Assembly: GCA_050084515.1 (NCBI GenBank) | Contig: CM114271.1 | Coordinates: forward strand, 34,720,001 to 34,784,000 | DNA length: 64,000 bases | Direction of reading: 5' to 3' | Source of the DNA: Blasia pusilla | Lineage: Eukaryota | In this document: positions 1 through 13,295 of the stretch, piece by piece | Layout: each line of letters opens with the position of its first letter | Position numbering within the stretch: the stretch's first letter is position 1 | The notes under the pieces: model-generated | The model's input: only the letters and a program-made list of their open reading frames with translations | Databases searched by the model: none | Told to the model about the DNA's origin: nothing | Translations under genes and position numbers: made by a program

Positions 1-185
1 TAGTCACTACGCTTACGATTTCAAGAGAGGATTGGAATTTGAGGGATGCTTCAACATTCCTAGAGTAGAGGGGACACCTTCTACTCAAACACCTTTCTCA
101 TTTTTGTCTTCTTGGTGGCTGCGGACTTCAGATTCTTACGAATTCAAAGTCTTTGACCCTTTTTTGTCATTTTCATCAATTCGCA

Positions 186-3100
186 ATGGTGAATACTAGT
201 ATGCTGCTCAAGATCAAGGACATCCCGAAATTCGACGGGACCTATTTCTATATCTGGCATTTTTGCATGATGTTGTTTCTAGATGCCAAAGGTTTAACAT
301 GCATTGTTGACGGCACGATTGTTAAGCCGACAACTGCCACTGCTTCTGCAACAGGAATAGGGAGTGTTCAAGAATGGGATACACTCAATAAGGTAGCCTT
401 ATCTATTATCGCGAATCGACTAGACAACTTGCAAGTCCATCATATTAGTGTTTCGAAGACGGCCGTTGAAGCTTGGTCCAAATTGGACACCTTATACCAA
501 GCGCGCGATGCCGTGACGAAAATGTACTTGCAAGATGAGCTTCAAACCCTCAAGATGAAGGAGGGAGACAGTGTTACTAAGCACGTTCACCAATTTTGCA
601 CCTTGATTGATCAACTTTCTGCCGCCCGCTCAGTAATTACAGATGAGAATCAGTATTTGGCATTGATGCGATCAATGCCCAATAGTTATCGCAATTTGCT
701 AACCTCTTTAAGAAGTCAAAAGAATCTGACTCTTCAGACGGTGATAACTTATCTTCTCTAGGAGGAGAAGATGATGAAGACGCAAACATCAGAGCCATCT
801 TTTGCACTTTTCGTTGGACGAGGCGTAGGTCCTTCCAATTATAAGCCGAAGTTTGGTGGCCACAAGCAAGGTGGCTATCCATCAAGAGGATACGATAGAG
901 GCAAGGTGCCTCAGAAAGGCGTTGGTTCTTTCATATCATGATTTGTTCATGCATTTTCAGCGAATTCATCCAAAGGAGAATCGCCAGGTAATACTGGTGA
1001 TTGGCAATCACTGTCCTCTAGTCAACAGAATAACTATCAAAGGATGAAGTGTTTTTAGTACAATCTGCTGGGAAATCATATCAAATTGCCGCAAGCGTCT
1101 TGCTGACCAGCAATTGCAATCCAAATCTCAGGTTCCCCAAGCCCATATGACTTCCCATCTGTTTGTTACAGTAGCATATTCCACTACGGGATTGGAAATC
1201 CAAGATAACATCTGGTATCTTGATACTAGAGCTACACATCACATGGCATTTTCCAGTGATTATTTTTCTAATTCTACTCCATACAAGCGGCCTGTGTATG
1301 TTTACCTTGGAGACATTTCGACTCAAGCAATTCATGGGACCGGCACGGTTGAGATTCTCCTCTCTGAAGGAACTCCACATTCTCTTTGAAATGTGCTGCA
1401 TATACCAAGCCTCAAGAAGAATTGATTTTCCGTTTAACATCTTGACGCAGTCGGAGGTTCAGCTTTGATCAGCAATGGCACATGTGTCCTATAAAATCCC
1501 AAAGGAGAATTGATAACTATTTGCTATCTTCTCAATGATTTGTATAAGTTGGGAGAAGTTGTTTACCTTCCCCATGTTCATCTTTTGTAGTCGCTAATGT
1601 AGTCCTTCCTCACTCGGATGCTTTTTGGCATTGCCATTTGGGACACATTAGTTCAACTCGTATTTCTCAACTTCAATCCCAATAGATGATGGATGGCATT
1701 CGTGATCACAATCCTTCTCACACTTCCTCTTGCACTGCTTGTCTGTATGGCAAGCAAACCCCCAAATCTTTTCCCTCTAGCATACTCGCACATAGAGCTT
1801 CTGGCATTCTTGATTTCATTCACACAAATATCTGCGGACCAATTTCTCCTCCTACTCATTCTGGGTCTGCTATTTCTTGCTATTTATTGATGATTTCTCT
1901 CGCTACATTTCACTTTATCTAATGCTGCACAAATTTGAGGGACTTCCCCGATTTGAGCGGTTTGTGGCATTAGTTGAGAATCTGCATCAACCACGTTGTG
2001 TCAAGATGCTTCGTTCTGACAATGGTGGCGAGTATCGATCCTCTGCTTTTAATGATTTTTGTATTTCGAGAGGCATTTCTAGAAAGTTTATTGTTCCTCA
2101 TACACCTCAGCAGAATGGCGTTTTTGAACAAAAGAACCGCACTCTTGTCAATTCAAGAATAACTCCTTCTTCACTAACTTTACTGACTAACTACAACTAC
2201 AAAAGAATAAAAGGATTTTCTTCCCTCTTGGAAAAGACTCTTCTCAAGCGCAGACAAAGACTCTTTCGAATCTGGAATAACAAAGCTGCAACAAAGACCT
2301 CAAGAATGGCGGCTCACCCTACTTTGAGAACTGAATCTGTCATGGCAGGTTACTCACTGTCTAACAACTTTCCTAAGCTTCTTGATTATCTTCAGAAATT
2401 TCGACATTTCAAGACTTAACTCTCATTCCTCCTATAGCCCAATAAGATTCTACACTCAACTCCGCACATAAAAAAGCATGAGAAAAGACACTTCAACTGC
2501 ATCAAAGAGTGGAACGAACTAGTACGTATTACAATCTTCAGAAAGTACAAGACTCTTTGGCTTGGATCATCCCCACAAAACTCCTTACACAATCTACCAA
2601 GACTATTGGGAAACTCAAGATATAAGGAAAAAATTCTAACCAATAGTATTGGGGAATTCAAGACACAAGGGAATGATCCCTTCTTCTTCTGAATTATGCT
2701 TTAAGTATTCTCTTTGAACAATTCTTGGCTCTGCCTATTCTACTCTAGAATTCTAATTGATAATCCTACCCTCCTTGGTTCAAATTCTCTAACCCTCCAT
2801 CTTCCTAAGGCGGTTGGTTGACCTGGAGATTCCGTTCTGCTCCCTTTTAAACCGCCGCGCCTCTTCATTTCCAGGTTCTGAAACCGCAGTGACGGTTTGG
2901 TCTTCACAGTCCTCGCGCTCTTTGCTATCCTATCTTCGTGATCCTATCTTCGCGAAGACTCTTATCCTTCTGTCGCCGTGAAGAATCCTCCTTGCGATTT
3001 CCTTTCAATCCGCTTTCTTCAAAACATTCTTTCTATTTCCTATTCTTTATACACCTTTCCGCTTTGTGAAAACTCTTTGCTTCCTCTTCCTTCTTAGAGT

Positions 3101-5470
3101 TCTTAGTCTTTGCTCTTGGGTCTTGGGTCTTTGTTCTTTGTATCCAATCTTCGCACAAAGACTACCTTTCAATCTTCTTTTGCAAAGAATCTTTTTCTAG
3201 TCTTCGTTGACAGTCTTCACCACTGTTCCTACTACGGTCTTCCTTGCGAAGTACCCGCGCCTCTTATTCTAGTTTCTTTTCCCGTCTTTTCCTACTTTTA
3301 CACCATTCTCACTCTTCCAAGATTGTCCTTAATCTCTTAGTATCTCTTGTCCTCTCATCAGATTTCTATCTATCAGTGTTTTTACACAATTTCGGTAAAG
3401 TATGCATCTTTACTTCCGATATTGAGTCATTAGTCTTCGCTCAAGCAAGACTTCTGGACAAAAAATGCTCTTTCCGTCAAAATTTCAAAAATGTGGGCAC
3501 TACAGCTTCTTATGATGCAGATGATGATCTAGCCATTCGTTCCGATTCACTTTTCTTCCGAGCTTCTCCGAATTCTTCTGGCTTGTTGCCACTTCCTTCC
3601 CCATTGCCCGTTCCATCTTTAATGGGAGTCCCAATTCACCAGGCATTTCCTCTTCAGTGGGAGTTCGCGCATCTCCATGTATTTCCTCTACCGTGGGAGG
3701 CTCTTCTTCTCCTACCTGTAAATCAACTTCTGGTGATGGGCGCCCGGATCTTTATTATGAATAGAGACCTCGGCCAAGCTCCCCTCCGCTTGCTAAACGG
3801 AGGAGTCCTCGGATTACCAAGTAGATTGAGCATTTCAACGCCCTTGCTGAAGATGAGAAAGATAAATAAAGAGCTTTTTAGAAGCGTTGGGCTCTTGTCT
3901 CTTTGACTGATTCTTTTTATGAACCTCAATCGTGTGAAGAAGCTAAGACCGGGCCGGATGCAATTCATTGGAAGTCTGTTGTTTCTGCCGAATTAGCCAA
4001 AATAGCCCGAATGCAGGCTTGGACTCTTGTGCCACTTCCTCATGATCGGAGTACTGTGGGTTATCCATGGGTTTTCAAGATTAAGCCCACATATGACGGC
4101 CGAATCCACAAATATAAAGCCCGGCTTGTTGCCAAGGGCTTCACTCAAATCTAGGATATAGACTACGAAGAGACGTTTTCTCCTACGGTGAAGTTACAAT
4201 CTCTTCGTCTTTTGATTTCTATTGCAGCTTATTTTAATCTTGACCTCCATCAGCTGGACGTCATTGCTGCTTTTCTATATGGTTTCTTGAAGCAGCAGAT
4301 TTTCATGGACCTTCCACAAGGGCTTTCAATTCCTGATCGCCACATGGTTTGTCTTCTTGGACAATCCATTTATGGGCTGAAGCAATCTACTCGAATGTGG
4401 TATGAGCGATTTCATTTTTCCCTACTTAACCTTGGCTTTGTCATCCTAACAGCAGATTCTAACATCTACATTTTGCACAAGGATTCTCAATTTCTTATTC
4501 TTGCACTCTATGTGGATGACACCATCCTGGCTAGCTCTAGCCCTGAACTTCTTACTTTTGTCAAAACTATGCTTCGCCAACAATTTGAGATGACCGACCT
4601 GGGTGAGGCGTATCACGTCTTAGGAATGCATATTCAACGCGATCATGAACATGGTTGGATAAGATTAAATCAAATGACATACCTGAAGAATAAGTTGACG
4701 CAATTTGAGATGTAGGACTGCAGGCCTATTTCTACCCCTTTTGATTTTTGTCTCCACCTTAGTAAAGACCATTCTTCTGTTGACGATGTTGAGATTGCTG
4801 CTATGTCTTTGATTTCTTATAAAAGTATTGCAAGTAGCCTTATGTGGGTGATGGTCTACACTCGCCCGGATATCGCCTTTGTTGTGAGCACCATTGCTTA
4901 GTTTATGACAAACCCATGTCCCATTCATTGGACAACAATCAAGCAAATTTTTTGCTATCTTCAGGGTTTCAATGACTATTTTCTCCAGTACCAGCGTTCG
5001 TCTGCTCCCTTTCAATTGGAAGGATATTTTGATGATGCCTACGATGACAATCTTGATTCTAGGAAGTCAACCAGTGGATTTTTCTTTCTTCTAGCCAGAG
5101 GAGCAGTTAGCTAGGCTAGTCTGAAGCAAAAATCGGTTGCTTTGTCTAGCACATAATCGGAGTACATAGCTATGACCAAAGCTAGTACTGAAGCTATCTG
5201 GTTAAAAGACTACTTTATGAAATTGGTTTTGCATAGAAAATTACTAAGATTTTTTGTGATAACGAGAGCGCTATCTCTTAAGTCAGTTCAAATAAACATC
5301 ATGATCGCACTAAACACATCGACATTCAGTATCATTTTATCAAAGACCAAGCGGCAAACTCAAGATGGTTTATGTTCCTACTGCAGATATGACTGCAAAT
5401 ATTTTTACTAAGGGTCTTTAGAAAGGCCCTCATTACAAGCATACTCGATCTCTAGGTTTATTTAGTTATG
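186..5470 (+). pseudogene. Copia gag-pol polyprotein pseudogene
   Basis: Fragmented ORFs 153-761, 1114-1389, 1877-2155, 3903-4154, 4188-4715, 4905-5114 are separated by stops and frameshifts; the integrase C-terminus is missing. Confidence 0.9.
2152..3504 (-). mobile_element. Foreign insert in the Copia integrase, probably an LTR fragment of another (Gypsy-like) element
   Basis: Copia homology stops after NRTLVN(S) at ~2152 and appears to resume at ~3505. On the minus strand the insert starts TGTAGTGCCC, typical of an LTR start. No TSD found. Confidence 0.4.
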
Positions 5471-5503
5471 AAGATCATGGCTGATTTATTCCTTGAGTGG
5501 GAG

Positions 5504-5820
5504 TGTTAGATTCTAGTAGATGAGCGCAACAAATCAGTCTATTAGTGTGTGCTACTTAGTTGATCCTTGTGTTTCACACACGGATCAACCAGGATGAACG
5601 AACTAGATTACCCTTGATTTTAGGGACAATTTCTGTCCACTAGTTTTCTTCTGATGTCATTTTATATTTGTACAATTGGAACGACGCATATATTGTTTAG
5701 CCTTCTTTCTCTATTAGTAGCGGAAATGTTGTATCCACATTTATTTCTTTTACGATTAGTAAATCTATTCTGAGCATTCTAGCATTTTCTCTTTCTTGAT
5801 CACTACTGATATCTTTTACA
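5504..5820 (+). repeat. Copia 3' LTR (317 bp, TG...CA) preceded by PPT TTGAGTGGGAG
   Basis: TGTTAG...TTTACA termini; colinear with the LTR at 11650-11965. Confidence 0.92.
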
Positions 5821-7169
5821 TGCTTGCCATACAAGCAGTGCAGGAGGAAGTGTGAGAAGGATTGTGATCACGAATGCCATCCATTATCTTTTGGAATTCA
5901 AGTTGAGAGATACGAGCTGAACTAATGTGTCCCAAACGGCAATGCCAAAGAGCAGCCAAATGAGGAAGGACTACATTAGCGACTACAAAAGATGAACATG
6001 GGGAAGGTAAACAACTTCTCCCAACTTATACAAATCATTGAGAAGATAGCAAATAGTTATCAATTCTCCTTTGGGATTGTATAGGACACATGTGCCATTG
6101 CTGATCAAAGTTGAACGTCCAGCTGTATCAAGATGTTTGACGGAAAATCAATTCTTCTTGAGGCCTGGTATATGCAACACATTTCGAAGAGAATGTGGAG
6201 TTCCTTCAGAGAGGAGAATCTCAACCGTGCCGGTCCCATGAATTGCTTGAGTCGAAATGTCTCCAAGGTAAACATACACGGGCCGCTTGTATGGAGTAGA
6301 ATTGGAAAAATAATCATTGGAAAAATCCATGTGATGTGTAGCTCTAGTATCAAGATACCAAGTGTTATCTTGGATTTCCAATCCCGTATTGGAATATGCT
6401 ACTGTAACAAGCAGATGGGAAGTCATATGGGCTTGGGAAACCTGAGATTTGGATTGCAATTGCTGGTCAGCAAAGCGCTTGCGGCAATCTTTGATATGAT
6501 GTCCCAGTAGATTGCACTAAAAACACTTCATCCTTTGATAGTTATTCTGTTGACTAGAGGACGGTGACTGCCAATCACCAGTAGTATCCGACGATTCTCC
6601 TTTGGATGAATTCGCCGAAAATGCATGAACAAATCATGATATGAAAGAACCAACGCCTTTCTGAGGCACCTTGCCTCTACCGTATCCTCTTGATGGATAG
6701 CCACCTTGCTTGTGGCCACCAAACTTTGGCTTATAATTGGAAGGACCTATGCCTCGTCCAACAAAAAGTGCAGAAGACGGCTCTAATGTTTGCATCTTCA
6801 TCACCTTCTCCTCCTGGAGAAGATAAGTTATCACCGTCTAAAGAGTCACGTTATTCTGACCTCTTAAAGACGCTAGAAAATTGCAATAACTATTGGGCAT
6901 TGATTGCATCAATGCCAAATACTGATTCTCATCAGTAACTACTAAGCGGGCGGCAGAAAGTTGATCAATCAAGGTGCGAAATTGGTGAACGTGCTTAGTA
7001 ACACTATCTCCCTTCTTCATCTTGAGGGTTTGAAGCTCATCCTGCAAGTACATTTTCGTCAGGGCATCCCGCGCTTGGTATAAGCTGTCCAATTTGGACC
7101 AAGCTTCAGCGGCCGTTTTTGAAACACTAATATGATGGACTTGCCAATTGTCTAGTCGATTCGCGATAA
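5821..7169 (-). mobile_element. Second copy of the same Copia family (gag-protease-pre-integrase), antisense
   Basis: Reverse complement of window positions ~406-1756; ORFs 6148-6459 and 6634-6834 mirror the plus-strand copy. Confidence 0.92.
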
Positions 7170-9975
7170 AACCTTTCTCAAAAGTCTTCTTATTGTTGGC
7201 ATCCCACATGCATCCTTCTAAGAGTTCAATGCTTAAATAGGTGTATGTGGGCACAAGGAGGATCTCTTGTTCACTTCAATATTTTTTTTGGTCTTTGTCA
7301 ATACATTTGCCTCCATATCCACATTTCACACCAAATTAGGTCAAGGAGATCATCTTTTGGAGTTTCTCTCCCGCTTCCTCTAGACCACCAAAGTCATCAG
7401 CTAACATCGGCCATCCAGATACCTAGTCCAATATCCTATAATGGGGAATTGATTAAAATTTTGAAGAGGGTAGGGGAGAGTGGGCATTCTTGGGCCACTC
7501 CTTGCTTGATGTCAAATGTCAATAGGTCGGTTTCCCCTCTTTTTTCCTACCCTCGAAATTTGACTAACGATAAAGATGTAATCCACACATCCTCGGGCCT
7601 GCCAAAATCCACTATAGCCTTCCCTGATGACAACATTCTTCTCCAGAATATTAAGTATATGAAAAAAGGAGCTTCCCAACTACATTCACCAGTAGTTGGG
7701 AAGCTCTAATAATCCTAAATCAGTAAACTCCCCCTTATAGTTTCCAAGATCTTCAGGTTCACCTTTCTTAAAGAAGTTCATGATTACTCTTACCCGCTAG
7801 ACTAGGTTGAAGACACACATTAGAAAATGAGCCATAGCAGCATCCCATACTTCAATAGCTTATTCATAAATTCATTGTCACCGCCTACTTTGTGGTTCAT
7901 AAGTTATTTGATCAGTGCTCCCACCTCAACTAGGGAGAAGGAATCGTTATATGGGTTGCCCAACTCAACCTCACCCTCTACCTTCTCCCATTATATCTTA
8001 ACAAAATTCTCCACCACCTTCACAAATTTTTGCTCTTAAGAAGATGTTGAGGGGGCTTCTTGCCTAATTCCTTATAATGGTCTTCCAACAAATGTTGGAT
8101 CTGTTTAGCAATACATCTCACCGTAATTTTTTCTTCAAAACCTTTACGTTATTTTTGTCCCTGGCTTTGCTCAATTTCTACACTTCCATCCATAAATTTT
8201 ACCGATTTGCAGTGAAGTTCTTGTTGATGGATGAGTAGATTTCTTGGTTGAGTTTCTTCTTGTGCATACGCACCAAAAGACAAATTTCCTTGCGCAAGGC
8301 CACATAGTCTGCCCTCAAGAACCCATCGTCCTTGACATTGGCACATGCGACATATATTTTCCTTTGTTTGGCAATGGTTGCCTTAAGTTCCAAGGACTAC
8401 CATTTGATTTGATAGCTCTGCCACATATTATCAATTTCATGTTGACAATAATCTCTACATCTATCACTCCATGCTCCTACTATACCAACAAGATATCCAC
8501 AATTTTCCTTATGAACCCAAAGGTCTTAACAATAGATTCAAAATAAATGTCAAATATCAAGAGATTTTCTTCCAGCTTACCAATGTACACCTTCTTGTTC
8601 CCATGATCTTAGAAGTCCTCTATCCTCCATTTCTTACTGCTTGCTTCACTTCTTTGGTCGAGTATTTTAGTCTTTACTGCAACTCTATTTGATCAGGGAA
8701 TAATCTGATCTTCCAATATGTGTGGCATCCATCTTCATTGTTTCATTAGATGTGTGGATTTTCTCATCTACAACTATGTTATTCATAGTCAAGCCCTCAT
8801 TATTCTTGGAGTTGACCCTAGTCCAAGCCGGATAACCCGCCTTATATCTATCATTCAATGTCATTAGTTGAAGTTCCCTCAAGATCATGATTAGACGTGT
8901 GCTATTGCCATTAACTCTCACATCTCAAAACATTATGATCTTTTCTTGGGGATCAGTACCTTGCCACACCCAACTATTAAATTCTCCCAACAAGACTATA
9001 TTCCCCTTTGTGTGGAACCCAAGGCAATTTTTTTTCACGCTACCAAATGATTCCTCTATTACAACAAAAAATTCATTGTTTGTGGATTTACAAATCCCTT
9101 GAGTTGCACTCATCTCATACTTTGACCCATATTTTTTGTTCATACTTATGTGGTTGTTTGCCATGGTTGCACGGAAACGAACATGTCCATTCATGGAGCG
9201 GACATATCTAGACATGTCTGGATTAGTCAAGAAAAGTCTGTGGATATGCCCGACGGGTTCCCCACCCGGGTTGTTTCTGTACCCCAATGGCTCGCGCGAG
9301 CTCAAGATGTGGGAACAAATGCAGGCTCAGATTGCATGTGGGAGGAGGGGAAAAATCGGATCGCATGTAGCCCCAATCAGCCTGCCCCATGGAAGGCCCG
9401 CGATCAAGCTTGGGACAAGCCCACAACTAGACCCGAAATCTTCCCAGGAAATTGCGAGGAGTATCAATTTACCTTCCTCCCAAGATTATGAGGAGTATCA
9501 ATTCTCCATCATTCCAAGATAATATGTTGCTTTAGGCTTAAGGCCATTGATTATATGTAGAGGTTTGGCAAACCACTTATTTATGATTTGGGAAGAATGT
9601 TCAACCCAGCTGAAAGTCCATATAAGGACTCGTTCTCCTATTTATGGAGGAGGATTGCCTCCAAGCGGCAAGGTGCCCAAAGAAAGCCCACTTGTTACCT
9701 CCAGAGATCATAACTACATACCAAGACGAATATCCTTAGCATTAAGCTGCAGAAAAGGGCCCATGAATCCAACATTTAAAGAAGGAGAGGTCTCTATTTT
9801 TACTACTAATTTCACTTGATGCCTTACTTGTGGCACAAGTGCAACAAATCACATTGATTAGCAGACAGGATAATCCACACCTACCAACCAACAATGTCGC
9901 AAGCTTACAACAACGATATAAAAAGCTCACAACATGTTCCAACTAAAGCAAAAGGTGACTTCATAGAGAGTATTG
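7170..9975 (-). mobile_element. Degenerate LINE (5' region, APE endonuclease, RT), same family as 57956-62135
   Basis: APE-like motifs IVLLGEFNS and GRSDYSL; RT fragments (QGVAQ..LSP, YTYL); the 5' part matches 58075-58510. Confidence 0.85.
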
Positions 9976-10749
9976 CTCTCTCTCTCTCTCTCTCATGTCA
10001 AACCAAATTCATTCTCCTAATGAGAGACTTGGGTTATACACACAAGACAAGGAGGACCATAGCTCCGCCACCTCATACCAAGAGGTTCAACAAAGAGAGA
10101 TTGAGCTCCAAAGCTCTCTCTCCTTGGGTATACTCACTTCGCTCTTACGAGTTGTCTCCACGGTAACCTATACTTGTAAGTCATCTCATTAGCTCGTAGC
10201 TTGCTATAGGAGGTCAACGACCACTTCCCAAAATGAAAATTCAACTATGTTGAAAATGATAACGTAATCAAAATAGTAAGTTTCTCTATATGGCTCACAA
10301 GGGGCCGAAATGAAGGGAAACCTACTCTCTCAAATATCATTGTAAGTCATCCTCGACCTCTTGAGGCTGTCCTCCACTATCCTCAAAGGCATTCTAAAAA
10401 ATGTCATCAATATATCCTAAAAGATGTGACATATTCGACAAACGCCTTCAAATCTAGATTTCAAACATTTCTATTCGAAGTTCCCATTGAGGAGATTTGG
10501 TTTTCGAGTGAAAGATTGAAACTTTTTCTCCAAATTCTTCACTTGGGAGCATAGTCAAGGCACACACACACGAAAAGCACACGAGATGTACTCTCTTCTG
10601 AACATGAACCATCCATGCCCTATGTAGGGGTGCCAAGGGGAGAGTTGAATCAGGGACATCTTTGAGAGGCCCTTGTATCAATTCAGCCAAACACTTGGTA
10701 ATCTAGTGCTTGATGAGCGTATATGTGTGTGTGGATTGGGATGGCTGCA

Positions 10750-11640
10750 GAGAGAAAGAAAGGTTGTGAGAGGAGGGAGAGACTTTGTAAATTTTTTTAA
10801 TATTTGCAGTTTTGTGAATGCAGCTCAATTTCACCTCTAGCCTGGTTCCATCATCCTCACATGTAGAAATTCTTTGCTTGGTAGATTTTTCTCTTGGGAC
10901 TAGATCAACACCTTGGTTTCCAGAGTCTTTCCATTCAAGCTATGTATCAAGGAGAAATCATAAAAAAGCATTGAGTTAAAGTCTGCAATATCTATGAAAG
11001 GGCTTAGATACAAAACATTAGTTTCTAAGAATACACGCCAATGTGCATGCTCTTGTATATTTTACAATTCTTTCACTCCACCATGATTCACTCAAAAGCT
11101 ATTGCATTAGAAATTGAGACACTAATGTACATAAAAGTAAGCTCCACTAATAGAAGGTGGATGAACTACCACTCAGATCAATTGGGTTCATGTTTTAGTT
11201 GTACTATCCATGTCCATCTTTGAACTTCGTCTTAGGTAGCTCACACTGCAAAGTCCACGCAAGGAAGGCACTCGTTCAAAAAGAAACGTCCTTGTCCTAG
11301 AAGATTGATCTATCACACCAACATCCCACAATCACCCCTACTCTCCTAAGTATTTAAATGAATACTCCATGATTCTTCCCAATTCAAGAGTGAGAGACTC
11401 TAGATTGCTGCATGGCTAGCTCCAAGAACAGAAGGGCCAATAAGAATCTCCCATCTACTAGCAAAGAGTGTAAATTTATGTAACCACCTATGCTCAAGGA
11501 GTACTTGAAAAAATAGAAGCAGAATCGAATATCAACATTCATGTTTTCAGAATAATCTCCTTGAATGGCAAGTATTCTCTTATAAATGAAGTCTCATCAC
11601 TCTCCTACATTTACCATTAGTTTTACATTTACCATGAAGA
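10750..11640 (-). repeat. Partial inverted copy of the non-coding unit at ~55680-56500
   Basis: For example 11137 GTAAGCTCCACTAATAGAAGGTGGATGAA is the reverse complement of 56067-56095; colinear over ~800 bp. Confidence 0.85.
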
Positions 11641-11649
11641 TGAACCCTC

Positions 11650-12313
11650 TATTAGATTCTAGTAGATTAGCGCAACAAATCAGTCCATTAGTGTGCGCTA
11701 GTTAGTTGATCCTTGTGTTTCTCACACGGATCAACCAGGATGAACGGACTAGATTACCCTTGATTTTAGGGACAATTTCTGTCCACTAGTTTTCTTCTTA
11801 TGTCGTTTCATATTTGTAGAGTTAGAACGACGCATATATTTTTTAGCCTTCTTTCTCTATTAGTAGCGGAAAGTTTGTATCAGCATTCATTCCTTTTACG
11901 ATCAATAAATCTAGTCTGAGCATTCGAGCATTTTCTCTCTCTTGATCATTACTGATATTTTTACATGGTATGAGAGCCAAGTTGCTAGTCACTACGCTTA
12001 CAATTTCAAGAGAGGATTGGAATTTGAGGGACACTTCAACATTCCTAGAGTAGAGGGGACGCCTTCTATTGAAAGTTTTCTTGGTGGGTGCGGACTTCAG
12101 ATTCTTACGAATTCAAAGTCCTTGACCCTTTTCTGTCATTTTCATCAATTTGCAATGGTGAATACTAGTATGCTCCTTAAGATCAAGGAAATCCCAAAAT
12201 TTGACGGGACCTATTTCTATATCTGGCGTTTTTGCATGATGTTATTTCTAGACGCCAAAGATTTAGCAGGAACTCTTGACGGCACGATCATTAAGCCGAC
12301 AGCGGCCACTGCT
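11650..12313 (+). mobile_element. Copia 5' LTR (11650-11965) + PBS (11966-11977) + start of gag, truncated
   Basis: LTR matches 5504-5820. PBS TGGTATGAGAGC is one mismatch from the tRNA-iMet PBS TGGTATCAGAGC. gag start MVNTSMLLKIK. Confidence 0.92.
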
Positions 12314-13295
12314 CATAAGAAGGTGAAAAATCCATCAAGATTCCTACATTGTTGAGACAACACGTTAGAATTAGGCATTTTTTCATTCAACATACCATTT
12401 ATCCCTCATTAAAATATGTGCAATAGTGTGGGAGGAAAGGCTTGAAGTTGTGTAACTAAAATGTTTTGGGGTATGATGTCCGCTTCCTCACAAATGGATA
12501 GACATGGTGTAAGATCAAAACTGAGAGTGGAACCAAGGTTGCACACGGACAAAGTCTATGTTTGCAGATTTATGTCTGTCCCTAGGATGAATATGTTCAT
12601 GCGGTCCTAGGTTCACACGGACCCCATTCGGATCCACCCCGCTTGCAACGTAGACTCAGGCTTAGCCAGCCTCTACCCAATCCAGCGAACCATTGCTCGC
12701 CCCTTCTTTCCACCTATTCTGTAGCCCACTATAAGCCATCGCTAGGCCTACATCAAGATTGCCTGGCCTGCACTGACACAAAGGGTTCAAAATTATCCCG
12801 CACAGGTAGCCTACACGCATGGGCTTGATGGAATCTTCTTGAATCCGAGCATGCATGTGTTTTGAGCTCCTGCACAGTGGTCCTTGCGGGCCTTATTTAA
12901 GCCGACCGTGGACCAAGAAGGCTCGATATAGGCCACGTACGGGCTTGATGCGGGTCTAGCAAGGGCTCATAGCCTTTATACATGTTCAATACCTACCCCT
13001 GCCCGTTCACACATCCCAAGCCCGTGCGCGTGATCAGCCTACCAGAAAGACCAGGACGAGGGATCCGTTGGGCATGTCCCTCCCATGGATTGACAAGTCG
13101 ATTTCTGTGCAACCTTGAGTGGAATCCTTGGATGATAGAGGTCGCATCACCAAGTTGAAATGGCGGAGGTAGTTGGAGACAATGGACTCCCATTGCTATC
13201 ATAAAGGGAAAATTTGGGTCCAAAGAAGATTTGTAAAGCAGGCCAAATCTTGGACAAAAAAGGTCCAAGAGATTTTGCAAGCAACTAAGCTCCCC
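12314..13295 (+). mobile_element. LINE 3' RT-region fragment, interrupted by a hAT MITE
   Basis: Matches 60906-61325 on both sides of the MITE. Confidence 0.8.
12534..13117. mobile_element. Non-autonomous hAT-type MITE
   Basis: TIR CAAGGTTGCACA...TGTGCAACCTTG; 8-bp TSD AGTGGAAC (12526-12533)/AGTGGAAT (13118-13125); the LINE is contiguous across the insertion. Confidence 0.88.

Larger units (their letters stand above)
1..5820 (+). mobile_element. Ty1/Copia LTR retrotransposon, degenerate; 5' LTR lies just outside the window
   Basis: Domain order is gag (KFDGTYF..W, LQTLKMKEGDSV), protease (WYLDTRATHHM), integrase (LDFIHTNICGP, LRSDNGGEY, TPQQNGV), RT (YKARLVAKGF, HQLDV..AFL, YGLKQ, LYVDD), RNase H (RKSTSG, KHIDI). 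Position 1 matches the sequence ~20 nt after the PBS of the copy at 11966. Confidence 0.95.

Noticed and set aside
3244-3906. 220-aa ORF as a gene
   Set aside because: Chimeric frame across the insert and the Copia linker; no motifs.
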